64,000 nt of DNA from Gallionella sp. (GCA_036401875.1 DASWTZ010000004.1:355-64354), one strand, 5' to 3'. Counted from the stretch's first letter, positions 1-10,531 are shown. Made by a program: numbers and translations. The notes: generated by a model not told the origin, from the sequence alone.

Positions 1-42
1 CGCATCATGTTGAAATCGTATTTATTCGTATCCAGTGTCCCC

Positions 43-756
43 ATGATGACCATCGGAATCGAACTGAAGAAATACCGCAAGCAGATGCGGATGACGCTGC
101 CCGAAATCGCATCCAGGCTGAACGTCAGCACCACCACGATCGTAAATTACGAAACCGGCAAACGTGTTCCCGAGATTGATTTCCTGGCCGATTTTGCCGC
201 ACTCAGCGGCATGGATTTTTTGCATTGGCTGGATTTGCGCCTCTCGGCCAGCAACTCGGCCAATGCGTCCGCCGCCCGTGAAAGAATCCATGAAACCTTG
301 GCAAGGGCGCCGGAGACACAATCCTTCGTTTCGCTGCCGCTGCTCAAGATCGGTGAAGTTTTCGGCGCAACCTCCAATCCGGTTAGCGTACACATCACCG
401 ATGAGATCCCGCAATTCAGCAGGTCATGGATAGAGCGCGAGCTGAACGCGACGCCCGACGACCTGTGCCTGGTGCCGGTTGACGATGACAGCATGACGCC
501 GACGCTGCGCCCCGGAGATACGATACTGCTGGATCGGCGCGCCGCCAGACCGGATCGCGAAGGCATCTATATCATCCGGATGAACGAGGTGTCGCTGATC
601 AAACGCCTGCAAATCATGCCCGATGGCTTGATCAAGATTTCCGGCGACAATCCTGCCTACGCGACCTTCACCGTTAATCTGGGTGAAATACACAACGGGA
701 GTATCTCCATCCTGGGCCGCGTGGTCTGGGTAATCTGGGCGGGACGCAGGATCTAG
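43..756 (+). CDS. XRE-family HTH / peptidase S24 (CI/LexA-like) transcriptional regulator
   Basis: N-terminal HTH (LKKYRKQMRMTLPEIASRLNVSTTTIVNYETGKRVP). C-terminal S24 domain with DSM(Ser) and IKRL(Lys). Start could be 7, 43 or 46. Confidence 0.85.
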   Translation: MMTIGIELKKYRKQMRMTLPEIASRLNVSTTTIVNYETGKRVPEIDFLADFAALSGMDFLHWLDLRLSASNSANASAARERIHETLARAPETQSFVSLPLLKIGEVFGATSNPVSVHITDEIPQFSRSWIERELNATPDDLCLVPVDDDSMTPTLRPGDTILLDRRAARPDREGIYIIRMNEVSLIKRLQIMPDGLIKISGDNPAYATFTVNLGEIHNGSISILGRVVWVIWAGRRI

Positions 757-806
757 TCCAGACCGGTTCGACTCTTTTCCAGCCAGTTCTGTCTCCAGTT
801 GGTAAA

Positions 807-2087
807 TTACCGCCACACAGGCTGGGCAGGTACGGCACCGGATCGTGTTTCATGCCCACTCTGCCGTTTGCCGGACTCCCCCGCCTCCAGCCTGAACATG
901 CTGACCGCCGTCATCAGCGCAGCCGCCTGTTCCTGAAGAGCAACGGCCGCCTCGGTAGCCTGATCGACTACGGCAGCATTTTCCCTGGCAACCTCATCCA
1001 GACGACCCATCGCCCGATCTACCCCCTTGATGCTGGCGCCCTGGTCTGCCGTGGCAGCACTGATCTCCTTCATTTGCGATGCCACTAGGTGCACCGAAGT
1101 GACGACATCGCCGATTCCCTCCGCCGCATCCCTGACCTGCACCGTGCCGGCATTGATCCTGCCGACGGAATCGGCAATGAGCAATTTGATCTCCCTGGCC
1201 GAGTGGGCGGAACGTTGCGCCAGATTGCGCACTTCCCCTGCGACGACCGCAAACCCCCTGCCCTGCTCCCCCGCCCTTGCCGCCTCGACGGCGGCGTTCA
1301 AAGCCAGGATATTGGTCTGGAAGGCGATCTCATCTATCACGCTGATGATGTCCTCGATCTTATTCGATGAATCGTTGATATCGTTCATCGTCGCCACCAG
1401 CTTCGCGACCGATTCACCGCTCTGCTCTGCCACATCGCTGGCTCCCTGTGCTAACTGGTAGGCGAGTCTGGTGCTTTCGGTATTCCGCAGAACTGCCGCG
1501 CGCAACTCTTCGATGCCCGACTCCGCTTCACGCAGTATCGATAGCTGCTCCTCGTTGCGTTGTGCGAGCGCAGAATTTTCCGAGACTATCCCCAGCGAAG
1601 CGGCATTGACATTGTCGCTGTTGGATCGTACATCGCGTGACATGACGATGAGATTGCGAACCATGTTCTTCACCGCAAACAACAGGCTGGCGTCATCGTT
1701 CGCATGAGTGTGCACGCTGACCGTCAGGTCACCCTCTGCTACACGGCTCACGATTTCCGCCGCATATGCGGGTTCCCCGCCGAGTTGCTTGCGGATGCCC
1801 AGCACGATCCAGATTCCGAATATCGCCGCCATCAGCGTCGACACAAGGCCGCCGAAAACCATAATATTCTTTGTCGACCTGATGGTATCGAGTATTGCCG
1901 GGGATGGTGCTGGAGCCATGAGCCCGGCAGCGGGGATAACGGACTGGGCCGCCTGATGTTGCGGTTTGACTTGTTCAGCAAGATTGGAAAGCGACACGCC
2001 CACTGTCACGAAGATGGAGGAGAACAGCAGGACAACTACCGAACAGGCAATCAACATCCGACTGCCAACACTCAATTCCTTGAACAT
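807..2087 (-). CDS. Methyl-accepting chemotaxis protein with very short periplasmic region
   Basis: Signalling hairpin IAFQTNILALNAAVEAARAGEQGRGFAVVAGEVRNLAQRSA, two TM segments and a HAMP-like LGGEP segment. Confidence 0.92.
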   Translation of the reverse strand: MFKELSVGSRMLIACSVVVLLFSSIFVTVGVSLSNLAEQVKPQHQAAQSVIPAAGLMAPAPSPAILDTIRSTKNIMVFGGLVSTLMAAIFGIWIVLGIRKQLGGEPAYAAEIVSRVAEGDLTVSVHTHANDDASLLFAVKNMVRNLIVMSRDVRSNSDNVNAASLGIVSENSALAQRNEEQLSILREAESGIEELRAAVLRNTESTRLAYQLAQGASDVAEQSGESVAKLVATMNDINDSSNKIEDIISVIDEIAFQTNILALNAAVEAARAGEQGRGFAVVAGEVRNLAQRSAHSAREIKLLIADSVGRINAGTVQVRDAAEGIGDVVTSVHLVASQMKEISAATADQGASIKGVDRAMGRLDEVARENAAVVDQATEAAVALQEQAAALMTAVSMFRLEAGESGKRQSGHETRSGAVPAQPVWR

Positions 2088-2164
2088 GGCTCCCTCCCAG
2101 TAAGATTCTTTACAAATTCGTACTGTTCGCTACTGACCAACACCCCCGTGTCCAGCCATACAGG

Positions 2165-3619
2165 TCACATCAGGATTACGTCGTATTGCTCCTGGCTGTA
2201 CAGCGTTTCAACCTGGAGCGAGATCGGTTTGGCGATGAAGTCCGACAGCATCGCCAGCGCCTGTGACTCTTCGTCCAGAAATAGGTCGATCACCTGCTGC
2301 GAGCCGAGAATTCGGTATTCGCGCGCGTTGAACTGGCGCGCCTCGCGGACGATCTCGCGCAGAATCTCGTAGCACACGGTCTGCGCGGTCTTGACCTCGC
2401 CCCGTCCCTGGCAGGTCGGGCAGGGTTCACACAGTACGTGCGCCAGGCTTTCCCGGGTACGCTTGCGCGTCATCTCCACCAACCCCAGCGTGGAAAATCC
2501 GTTCACGGTGACGCGCGTATGATCGCGGGCCAGCGCTTTCCTGAATTCCTCCAGAACCGCGTCGCGGTGCTCCTGGCTGTCCATGTCGATGAAATCGCAG
2601 ATGATGATGCCGCCCAGGTTGCGAAGGCGCAACTGGCGCGCAATCACTTGGGTAGCTTCCAGGTTGGTCTTGAAGATCGTGTCGTCAAAGTTGCGCAGTC
2701 CGACAAAGCCGCCGGTATTCACGTCTACGGTGGTCATCGCCTCGGTCTGGTCGATGATCAGATAGCCTCCGGATTTGAGATCGACACGTTTGGCCAGAGC
2801 CCGCTCAATCTCCTCTTCGACGCTGAACAGGTCGAACAGCGGGCGCTGCCCCGGATAATGTTCGAGATGCTCGGTCGCAGCGGGATTGTAGGCTTGCGCG
2901 AACTCCAGCATCCGCTGATAGGTCGTGCGCGAATCGACCAGGATACGAGTCGTATCCTGCACCACGAAATCGCGCAGCACCCGCAGGCTGATGTCGAGCT
3001 CCTGGTACAGCAGCTGCGGTGCAGTGGCGGTCCTGGCTGCGGTCTGCAGGTTGCTCCACTGTTTGTCCAGATAGGCGATATCGGCTACGAAGTCCAGTTC
3101 CGCCGAAGCTTCGGCCACCGTGCGGATGATGTAGCCACCGCCATGCTCCGGGGGCAGTACAGATTGCAGCCGGGCGCGCAGCGCGTCGCGCTGCTCCTCG
3201 CTCTCAATGCGCTGCGACACGCCGATGTGCGATTCCTGCGGCAAGTACACCAGCAGCCGGCCCGCGATGCTGAGCTGCGTGGATAGCCGCGCCCCCTTGC
3301 TGCCCAGCGGCTCCTTGATGACCTGTACCAGCAGCGTCTGTCCCTCGAACAGTACCTTTTCAATTGGTTTTGCGGGATCGCCGTTGCGGCTGTTCTCCCA
3401 TATATCCGCCACGTGCAGGAATGCCGACCGCTCCAGGCCTATATCGATGAAGGCTGACTGCATCCCCGGCAGCACCCTCATCACCTTGCCAAGATAGACG
3501 TTGCTGACAATGCCGCGGCTGCTGCTACGCTCGATGTGCAACTCCTGCACCGTACCCAGTTGCATCATCGCGACGCGCGTCTCCTGCGGCGTTACATTGA
3601 TCAGTATCTCTTCGCTCAT
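2165..3619 (-). CDS. rng: Ribonuclease G
   Basis: MSEEILINVTPQETRVA start, S1 domain, DVNTG and QLRLRNLGGIIICDFIDM motifs, CPTC zinc link. Directly downstream of maf. Confidence 0.96.
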   Translation of the reverse strand: MSEEILINVTPQETRVAMMQLGTVQELHIERSSSRGIVSNVYLGKVMRVLPGMQSAFIDIGLERSAFLHVADIWENSRNGDPAKPIEKVLFEGQTLLVQVIKEPLGSKGARLSTQLSIAGRLLVYLPQESHIGVSQRIESEEQRDALRARLQSVLPPEHGGGYIIRTVAEASAELDFVADIAYLDKQWSNLQTAARTATAPQLLYQELDISLRVLRDFVVQDTTRILVDSRTTYQRMLEFAQAYNPAATEHLEHYPGQRPLFDLFSVEEEIERALAKRVDLKSGGYLIIDQTEAMTTVDVNTGGFVGLRNFDDTIFKTNLEATQVIARQLRLRNLGGIIICDFIDMDSQEHRDAVLEEFRKALARDHTRVTVNGFSTLGLVEMTRKRTRESLAHVLCEPCPTCQGRGEVKTAQTVCYEILREIVREARQFNAREYRILGSQQVIDLFLDEESQALAMLSDFIAKPISLQVETLYSQEQYDVILM

Positions 3620-3629
3620 TTCCGCCTCA

Positions 3630-4250
3630 TCAGGGTGTGGGGTAATCAAAACGCCGCAACAATTCTACAGTCTCGTACAGCGGCAAACCCATCACCCCGG
3701 AGTAGCTGCCCGACAGATGCTCGATGAATGCCCCGGCAAATCCCTGTATGCCGTAGCCTCCGGCCTTGTCGCTGTATTCGCGGGTATGCAGGTAACGGCG
3801 GATGCGTTCCTCGCTGAGCGTGGCGAAACGCACCGTCGATCTGGATAACGCCACTTCGATATGCTCGTCCTTCGCAACCGCGACCGCGCTGAGCACCTGA
3901 TGCTCCCTGCCGGAAAGCTGGCGCAGCATCTCAACGGCCTGCTCTGCATTCTCCGGCGTGCCGAAAATTTTGCCGTCCAGCGTAACGGTGGTGTCCGCCG
4001 CCAGCACCGGGAATGCAGGCAGGTTGCGCAACTTCAGCACGGAATAACCTGCCGCCGCCTTTTCCCGGGAGACGCGCTGCACGTAAGCGTCCGGGTACTC
4101 TTCCGCTATCGGCGTCTCGTCCACGTCGATGTTGCGACGTGGATCGGAGCGCAGCAGCAGCACCTCGAAATTGATGCCGATCTGCTTCAGCAATTCACGG
4201 CGCCGCGGGCTGCGCGAGGCGAGATAGATGCGTGGCTGGATGATGCGCAT
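3630..4250 (-). CDS. maf: Maf-family nucleoside triphosphate pyrophosphatase (YhdE type)
   Basis: LASRSPRRRELL, ADTTV, DKAGGYGIQG and GSYSGVMGLP motifs. Confidence 0.93.
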   Translation of the reverse strand: MRIIQPRIYLASRSPRRRELLKQIGINFEVLLLRSDPRRNIDVDETPIAEEYPDAYVQRVSREKAAAGYSVLKLRNLPAFPVLAADTTVTLDGKIFGTPENAEQAVEMLRQLSGREHQVLSAVAVAKDEHIEVALSRSTVRFATLSEERIRRYLHTREYSDKAGGYGIQGFAGAFIEHLSGSYSGVMGLPLYETVELLRRFDYPTP

Positions 4251-4259
4251 GGGGATGCT

Positions 4260-4730
4260 CTATTCACGGTGATAGGGATGATTGTGCATCAGGCTGTACG
4301 CCCGGTACAACTGTTCGGCAAGCAGCACCCGCACAAAGGCGTGCGGCAGGGTGAGCGCCGACAGGGCCATCATTTGCCGAGCCGCCTGCTTGACCGAGGC
4401 ATGCAATCCGTCGGCGCCACCGATGATAAACGCCACATCACCCCCCTCGCGCATCCAGTCCTGCATCTGGTTTGCCAGTTGCCGGGTGGTCGGCTGCGCA
4501 CCCCGCTCGTCCAGCGCAATGGGCAGGCAATTTTGCGGCAGGGCGACCAGGATGCGCTGCGCCTCTGCCTCCATGATCTGCACCGTGGTCTTGCCGGTGG
4601 TGCGCGGTTCGGACTTGATCTCATGCAGGACGATCTGCGCCTCGCGCGGCATGCGCTTGGCGTATTCGTTGAAGCCCGCCGTGATCCAGTCCGGCATCTT
4701 GTGGCCAACCGAGACGATGATGAGTTTCAT
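4260..4730 (-). CDS. rlmH: 23S rRNA (pseudouridine1915-N3)-methyltransferase
   Basis: MKLIIVSVGHKMPDW start, FIIGGADG, EQLYRA and terminal HPYHRE. True start placed at 4730 inside the longer ORF. Confidence 0.95.
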   Translation of the reverse strand: MKLIIVSVGHKMPDWITAGFNEYAKRMPREAQIVLHEIKSEPRTTGKTTVQIMEAEAQRILVALPQNCLPIALDERGAQPTTRQLANQMQDWMREGGDVAFIIGGADGLHASVKQAARQMMALSALTLPHAFVRVLLAEQLYRAYSLMHNHPYHRE

Positions 4731-4756
4731 TCTGCCCTGCGGTGACCGACGCGCCG

Positions 4757-5116
4757 TTACTTGCCTGGCGCCAGCTTGGGGCGTGCCGCCTGCGCCTTGC
4801 TCCACAGCTCTTCGAGGTTGTAATACTCGCGGATCGCCGGTTGCATGATGTGCACCAGCACTTCGCCCAAGTCGATCAGTATCCACTCGCCACTCTCCTC
4901 GCCCTCGCGGCCAAGAACATGTTCGCCGCGCTCCTTGAGCTTGACGACCACGTTGTCGGCGAGCGCCTTGGTCTGCCGCGTCGATTGGGCGCTGGCGATG
5001 ACCATGCGCTCGAACATCGGGCTGAGCTTGCTGGTGTCGATCACGGTGATGTCGCTTGCCTTCACATCCTCGAGCGCGGCAACGACGGCCTGGGTTTTTT
5101 CTTCTGTAGTCAGCAT
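4757..5116 (-). CDS. rsfS: Ribosome silencing factor
   Basis: ALEDVKASDI, WILIDLGEVLVHIM and REYYNLEELW motifs. Lies in nadD-rsfS-rlmH synteny. Confidence 0.95.
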   Translation of the reverse strand: MLTTEEKTQAVVAALEDVKASDITVIDTSKLSPMFERMVIASAQSTRQTKALADNVVVKLKERGEHVLGREGEESGEWILIDLGEVLVHIMQPAIREYYNLEELWSKAQAARPKLAPGK

Positions 5117-5787
5117 GGGTTGTACAAATTATGTTGGTGAATGTAATCCGCCACCGCATTGGGAAGCAGATACCGTATGCTGCGATCCTCTGCCACACGG
5201 CTGCGTATCATCGTCGCCGAAATCTCCAGTTTCGGAATCGCCAGTTCGACGACACCGCCACCGGGCTGTCGCGACAGGCTGGCGACCGTGCACTGCCGCT
5301 GCTGATACTGGCGGCGCAATTCCGGCGTTGCCGCACTGATGCGCTCGTCCAGTGCAAATCCCGGACGGTGTCCCACGACGATGTGCGCCAGTTCGAACAA
5401 CTGCTCCCATTCGTGCCAGGTATGCAGTTGCAGGAAGGCATCGCCTCCCATCAGCAGGCACAGCGGCCGCTGCGCCCCCAGCTCAGCGCGCAATTCGCGC
5501 AGCGTGTCTACCGTGTAGCATTTGCCCGCACGCCCGACTTCGCGTTCATCCAGCACGAAAGCGGGCTGGCCGGCAATCGCCAGCTTTACCATCGCGCTGC
5601 GGTGCTGCGCGGCGACCTGCGGCACCTCGCGATGGGGCGGAGTTCCCGCCGGGATGAAGCGTATCTCCCCAAGATGCGCCAGTTCCAGCATTTCCTCCGC
5701 AAGTCGCAGATGCCCGTAGTGTATCGGGTCGAAGGTGCCGCCCAGTATTCCCACGGGCATGCCGATCGCCATATCGCCCACCGACAC
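5110..5787 (-). CDS. nadD: Nicotinate-nucleotide adenylyltransferase
   Basis: GGTFDPIHYGH and ISATMIR motifs. The start may be a few codons downstream. Confidence 0.94.
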   Translation of the reverse strand: MSVGDMAIGMPVGILGGTFDPIHYGHLRLAEEMLELAHLGEIRFIPAGTPPHREVPQVAAQHRSAMVKLAIAGQPAFVLDEREVGRAGKCYTVDTLRELRAELGAQRPLCLLMGGDAFLQLHTWHEWEQLFELAHIVVGHRPGFALDERISAATPELRRQYQQRQCTVASLSRQPGGGVVELAIPKLEISATMIRSRVAEDRSIRYLLPNAVADYIHQHNLYNPC

Positions 5788-5798
5788 GATGCCCGAGA

Positions 5799-7100
5799 TT
5801 ACAGTGCCAGCCGGCGGACGTCAGACAGTGTCTGCGACAGGAACACGATGAAGCGCGCAGCGGCCGCCCCGTCGATCACGCGGTGATCATAAGACAGCGA
5901 CAATGGCAGCATCAGCTTGGCCACAAAGGTGTCATCCTGGTGCATCGGCTTGATCGCCGCCTTGGACACACCGAGGATCGCGACTTCCGGCGCGTTGATG
6001 ATCGGCGTAAAGGCCGTGCCGCCGATGCCGCCCAGGCTGGAGATCGAGAAGCAGCCGCCCTGCATATCGGCAGCGGCGATCTTCAGGTCGCGCGCCTTCG
6101 CGCTGATCTCGCCAAGCTCTTTGGCGAGCTGCACGATGCCCTTCTTGTCGGCATCGCGCAGCACCGGCACCATCAGCCCGTTCGGTGTATCCACCGCGAC
6201 GCCGACGTGGAAATACTTCTTCAGCACCAGATTCTCGCCGCTTGCATCCAGCGAGGCGTTGAACTCAGGGAACTGCTGCAAGGCGACGACCACTGCCTTG
6301 ATCATGAAGGCCAGCGGCGTGATCTTGATGTTCTGCTTGGCGTATTCGGTGTTGAGCTCCTTGCGGAATGCCTCCATCTCGGTGATGTCGGCCTCATCGA
6401 ATTGCGTGACATGGGGAATGGTCACCCAGTTGCGGTGCAGGTTCGCGCCGGAGATCTTCTTGATGCGTGACAGCGGTTTGGTCTCGACCGCGCCGAACTT
6501 GGCGAAGTCCACCACCGGTGATGCCAGCACCTGCAGGCCGTTGCCGCCGCCAGATGGAGCGGCAGCTGGCTGCGCCAGCGACTGCTTGACGAAGTTCTGC
6601 ACATCATCCTTGGTGACGCGGCCCTTCTCTCCGCTGCCCTTCACCAGCGCCAGGTTCACGCCCAGTTCGCGTGCGAAACGGCGGACCGACGGGCTGGCAT
6701 GGGCGCTGCCTGCCGCGGCTGGGGCTGGTGTCTGGGCTTGGGCAGGCGCCGCAGCTGGGGCACTCGCTACGGGTGCGGAACCCGGCGCCGGTTTCGCAGC
6801 TGCCGGTACACTTGCTGGGGCTGGGGCTGGTGCAGCCGCGGGTGCCTGAGCAGCAACACCGCCGGCTTCCATCACCACGATCAGGTCGCCTTCCGAGACC
6901 TTGCCGCCGGCCTTGACCCTGACCTCCTTCACCATACCGTCGAACGGCGCGGGCACATCCATGGTCGCCTTGTCGGTCTCCAGCGTGATGAGCGTCTGCT
7001 CTGCCTTCACTGTGTCGCCGGCCTTCACCGCGACCTCTATGATCTCAACATCCTTGTAGTTGCCGATATCCGGCACCAATACGTTCTTGACTTCTGCCAC
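5799..7100 (-). CDS. aceF: Pyruvate dehydrogenase E2 (dihydrolipoamide acetyltransferase), single lipoyl domain
   Basis: Lipoyl motif [12 protein letters not shown]3-binding [15 protein letters not shown], catalytic [11 protein letters not shown] start at 7100 preceded by a GAGGAG RBS. Confidence 0.95.
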   Translation of the reverse strand: MAEVKNVLVPDIGNYKDVEIIEVAVKAGDTVKAEQTLITLETDKATMDVPAPFDGMVKEVRVKAGGKVSEGDLIVVMEAGGVAAQAPAAAPAPAPASVPAAAKPAPGSAPVASAPAAAPAQAQTPAPAAAGSAHASPSVRRFARELGVNLALVKGSGEKGRVTKDDVQNFVKQSLAQPAAAPSGGGNGLQVLASPVVDFAKFGAVETKPLSRIKKISGANLHRNWVTIPHVTQFDEADITEMEAFRKELNTEYAKQNIKITPLAFMIKAVVVALQQFPEFNASLDASGENLVLKKYFHVGVAVDTPNGLMVPVLRDADKKGIVQLAKELGEISAKARDLKIAAADMQGGCFSISSLGGIGGTAFTPIINAPEVAILGVSKAAIKPMHQDDTFVAKLMLPLSLSYDHRVIDGAAAARFIVFLSQTLSDVRRLAL

Positions 7101-7130
7101 GTTGCTTCTCCTCACGATTAAACCCGGGGA

Positions 7131-7189
7131 CCGTTCCCGCCGGGCTTGTCGAAGGGCCGCTCATGGTTTGACATGTTCACCACGAACGG
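7131..7189. repeat. REP-like imperfect palindrome (CCGTTC...GTCGAAGG / GGTTyGAC...GAACGG type)
   Basis: Left arm ccgttcccgccgggcttgtcgaagg pairs imperfectly with right arm ggtttgacatgttcaccacgaacgg. The right arm recurs (20/25 nt) at 62541-62565. Confidence 0.7.
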
Positions 7190-7214
7190 CCTTTTAAGTT
7201 AATGGTTACCCTGC

Positions 7215-9869
7215 TTAAACCGCCGTCGGGTTCGGCTTGTCGGGATTGATCTTGTACTGCTTGATCGCCCTGCTCACTTCGCTGGCCGGGATCGTCCCTT
7301 CATCTGCCAGCGCCTTCAATGCGGCGATGACGACGTAGTGGCGATCCACCTCGAAGAAGCCGCGCAGTTTCCTGCGCGTGTCCGAACGACCGAAACCGTC
7401 CGTACCCAGTGTCTTGTAGCGCGCCTTGACGAATGGGCGGATCTGGTCGGAATAGGACCGAATGTAGTCCGTGGCGGCGATCACCGGCGTCTTGTCGTCC
7501 AGGCACTGCTCGACATAGCTCACGCGCGCCTTGGCTTCCGGATGCAGCATGTTCCAGCGTTCGCAGTCGATGCCGTCGCGGCGCAACTCGTTGAAGCTGG
7601 TCACGCTCCACACGTCCGCAGCCACCTTGAAGTCCTTCTCCAACATCTCGGCGGCGGCGATCACCTCACGCAATATCGTGCCGCTGCCCAGCAGCTGCAC
7701 CCGGGCTTTTGCAGCCTTGGCCTTGCCGGCGCTGAACTGGTACATGCCCTTGATGATGCCTTCCTCGGCGCCCTTCGGCATCGCCGGGTGCGTGTAGTTC
7801 TCGTTCATCACGGTCAGGTAATAGAACACGTCCTCTTGATTCTGGTACATGCGGCGCAGGCCGTCCTGCACGATCACCGCCAGTTCATAGGCGAAGGTCG
7901 GATCGTAAGACACGCAGTTCGGGATCATCGCAGCTTGCAGGTGGCTGTGGCCGTCCTGGTGCTGCAGGCCCTCGCCGTTCAGCGTGGTGCGCCCTGCGGT
8001 GCCGCCGACCAGGAAGCCGCGGGCGCGCATGTCGCCCGCCGCCCAAGCCAGGTCGCCGATGCGCTGGAAGCCGAACATCGAGTAGTAGATGTAGAACGGG
8101 ATCATCGCCACACCGTGGTTGGCGTAGGCCGTCGCCGCGGCGATCCAGTCGGCCATGCCACCCGCCTCGTTGATGCCTTCCTGCAGGATTTGCCCGGATT
8201 CGGATTCCTTGTAGAACATCAGCTGGTCGGCATCCTGCGGGGTGTAGAGCTGGCCCACCTGCGAGAAGATGCCGAGCTGACGGAACATGCCTTCCATGCC
8301 GAAGGTGCGCGACTCGTCCGGCACGATGGGCACGATCTGCTTGCCGATGGCCTTGTCCTTCACCAGCGTGCCGAGCAGACGCACGAATGCCATCGTCGTG
8401 GAGAACTCGCGGTCGTCGCTGGATTTGAGCAGCGCATCGAACGCATCCAGCCCCGGAATCTGCAGCGCGGTCGCGACCGGGTTGCGTGCCGGAATCGCGC
8501 CCATCGCCTTGCTGCGCTCCATCAGGTATTTCATCTCCTGGCTGTCCGCTGCCGGGCGGATGAATGGCACCTTGGCCAACTGCTCGTCGGTGACCGGAAT
8601 GTTGAAACGATCGCGGAACTTGCGCAACGCATCCTCGCCCATCTTCTTCTGCTGGTGCGAGGGGTTCTGCGCCTCGCCGGCCTCGCCCATGCCGTAGCCC
8701 TTGACGGTCTTGGCCAGAATCACGGTCGGCTGGCCCTTGTGCTTGCTGGCAGCCGCATAGGCGGCGAACACCTTGTACGGATCGTGACCGCCGCGATTCA
8801 GGCGCCAGATCTCGTCGTCCGACATGTCGGCAACCAGCTCCAGCAGCTCGGGATATTTGCCGAAAAAGTGCTGGCGCACATAGGCACCATCCCTGGATTT
8901 GTAGGTCTGGTACTCGCCGTCCACAACCTCTTCCATGCGCTTGAGCAGCAGGCCGCTCTTGTCCTTGGCCAGCAGGCGGTCCCACTTGCCGCCCCAGACG
9001 ATCTTGATGACGTTCCAGCCGGCGCCACGGAACACGCCTTCCAGCTCCTGGATGATCTTGCCGTTACCGCGCACCGGGCCGTCCAGGCGCTGCAGGTTGC
9101 AGTTGATCACGAAGATCAGGTTGTCCAGCTTCTCGCGCCCGGCCATCGACACCGCACCGAGCGATTCCGGCTCGTCGGTCTCACCGTCACCGAGGAACGC
9201 CCATACCTTGCGGCCCTCAGTCTTGGCCATGCCGCGATGCTCCAGATAACGCATGAAGCGCGCCTGGTAGATCGCCATCAGTGGGCCGAGGCCCATGGAC
9301 ACGGTCGGGAACTGCCAGAAATTCGGCATCAGCCACGGGTGCGGATAGGAGGACAGGCCGCCGCCGTCCACTTCCTGACGGAATTTGTACAACTGCTCCT
9401 CGGAGAGACGGCCCTCAAGGAAGGCACGCGCATACACGCCGGGAGACGAATGGCCCTGGTAGTACACAAGGTCGCCGCCGTGGTCGTCGGTCTTGCCGTG
9501 GAAGAAATGGTTGAAACCCACGTCGTACAGCGTCGCCGCCGACGCGAAGCTGGCAATGTGCCCGCCCAACTCGGACGATTCCTTGTTCGCGTTCAGGATG
9601 ATCGCCATCGCGTTCCAGCGCGTCAACGCGCGGATACGATGCTCCAGTTCGTGGTTGCCGCTGGAACGCTCTTCTTTGTCCGGCGAAATGGTGTTCAGAT
9701 AGGGCGTGGTCGCGCTGATCGGCATGTCGTCGCCGGCCATGCGCGCCTGATGTATCAATTGGCTGATCAGGTAGTGCGCGCGTTCCGCGCCCTCGTTTTT
9801 CAGCACGGAATTGAGCGCGTCCAGCCACTCTTGCGTTTCTTGCGGATCGTAATCAGGTAATGTCGCCAT
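7215..9869 (-). CDS. aceE: Pyruvate dehydrogenase E1, homodimeric type
   Basis: DPQETQEWL start, TPP motif GDGETDEPES...NCNLQRLDGPVRGN, GEGLQHQDGH. Confidence 0.97.
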   Translation of the reverse strand: MATLPDYDPQETQEWLDALNSVLKNEGAERAHYLISQLIHQARMAGDDMPISATTPYLNTISPDKEERSSGNHELEHRIRALTRWNAMAIILNANKESSELGGHIASFASAATLYDVGFNHFFHGKTDDHGGDLVYYQGHSSPGVYARAFLEGRLSEEQLYKFRQEVDGGGLSSYPHPWLMPNFWQFPTVSMGLGPLMAIYQARFMRYLEHRGMAKTEGRKVWAFLGDGETDEPESLGAVSMAGREKLDNLIFVINCNLQRLDGPVRGNGKIIQELEGVFRGAGWNVIKIVWGGKWDRLLAKDKSGLLLKRMEEVVDGEYQTYKSRDGAYVRQHFFGKYPELLELVADMSDDEIWRLNRGGHDPYKVFAAYAAASKHKGQPTVILAKTVKGYGMGEAGEAQNPSHQQKKMGEDALRKFRDRFNIPVTDEQLAKVPFIRPAADSQEMKYLMERSKAMGAIPARNPVATALQIPGLDAFDALLKSSDDREFSTTMAFVRLLGTLVKDKAIGKQIVPIVPDESRTFGMEGMFRQLGIFSQVGQLYTPQDADQLMFYKESESGQILQEGINEAGGMADWIAAATAYANHGVAMIPFYIYYSMFGFQRIGDLAWAAGDMRARGFLVGGTAGRTTLNGEGLQHQDGHSHLQAAMIPNCVSYDPTFAYELAVIVQDGLRRMYQNQEDVFYYLTVMNENYTHPAMPKGAEEGIIKGMYQFSAGKAKAAKARVQLLGSGTILREVIAAAEMLEKDFKVAADVWSVTSFNELRRDGIDCERWNMLHPEAKARVSYVEQCLDDKTPVIAATDYIRSYSDQIRPFVKARYKTLGTDGFGRSDTRRKLRGFFEVDRHYVVIAALKALADEGTIPASEVSRAIKQYKINPDKPNPTAV

Positions 9870-9915
9870 TTCTCTACACTTTCATTTATTACAATTAATC
9901 GGCATTGTTACAACG

Positions 9916-10524
9916 TTATTCCTCATCCTGACAGGCAATGGTTTCCCGTTCGGTGATGATCCAGCCGACTTTCACGTCGGTTGCCTCCAGCGGAATCCGC
10001 TCCACGACTTGCAGCGCAAAGGCAGCGGCGACAAGCGCAGGGCGGGATTCATTATCCTGCCCCGCCAGCAACTTGTCGTAAAAACCGCCGCCGTATCCCA
10101 GCCTTGCGCCGCCCCGGGTAAAAGCCACGCCCGGCAAAAGTGCGAATTCTACCTCATTTAGGGTATGAATCCGCTCGCAGCGTTCAACTATAGGTTCGCG
10201 TATCCCCCACAAGCCCTGTGCCAATTGGCTTTCCAGGTCCTCCACCCAGTAGAGATCGAGATGGCTGGTATGGCGGTTCACCTTCGGCAGCGCCAGCCGC
10301 TTGCCGTCCGCCAACACCCGCGCGACCCACCACTCGCTGGCGAACTCCGCGCCGAAATTCATATAGCCGAGCACGGTCTCTGCCCGCCGGTATTCAGGCA
10401 GTTGCAGCAGACGTTCGGTCATGGTTGCGCTGTGCGCGGCGCGCGCATCAGCAAGCATCTCCTCGCGCAACGCCATGACGTTTTTGCGGATTTCTGCCTT
10501 GGAGGCCTGCGACGCAGCCGGCAT
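9916..10524 (-). CDS. 5-formyltetrahydrofolate cyclo-ligase
   Basis: LPGVAF...GARLGYGGGFYDKLL and WGIREP motifs. Start placed at 10524, just after the ilvA stop. Confidence 0.9.
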   Translation of the reverse strand: MPAASQASKAEIRKNVMALREEMLADARAAHSATMTERLLQLPEYRRAETVLGYMNFGAEFASEWWVARVLADGKRLALPKVNRHTSHLDLYWVEDLESQLAQGLWGIREPIVERCERIHTLNEVEFALLPGVAFTRGGARLGYGGGFYDKLLAGQDNESRPALVAAAFALQVVERIPLEATDVKVGWIITERETIACQDEE

Positions 10525-10531
10525 CGCAGCT

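Noticed and set aside
7338-9860. 840-aa plus-strand ORF and similar long antisense ORFs (e.g. 18253-19806, 34087-35844, 44384-45778)
   Set aside because: These are stop-free antisense frames of high-GC genes with no recognisable motifs.
5799-9869. aceE-aceF without adjacent lpdA
   Set aside because: lpdA is often located elsewhere and shared between complexes, so this is not unusual enough to report.
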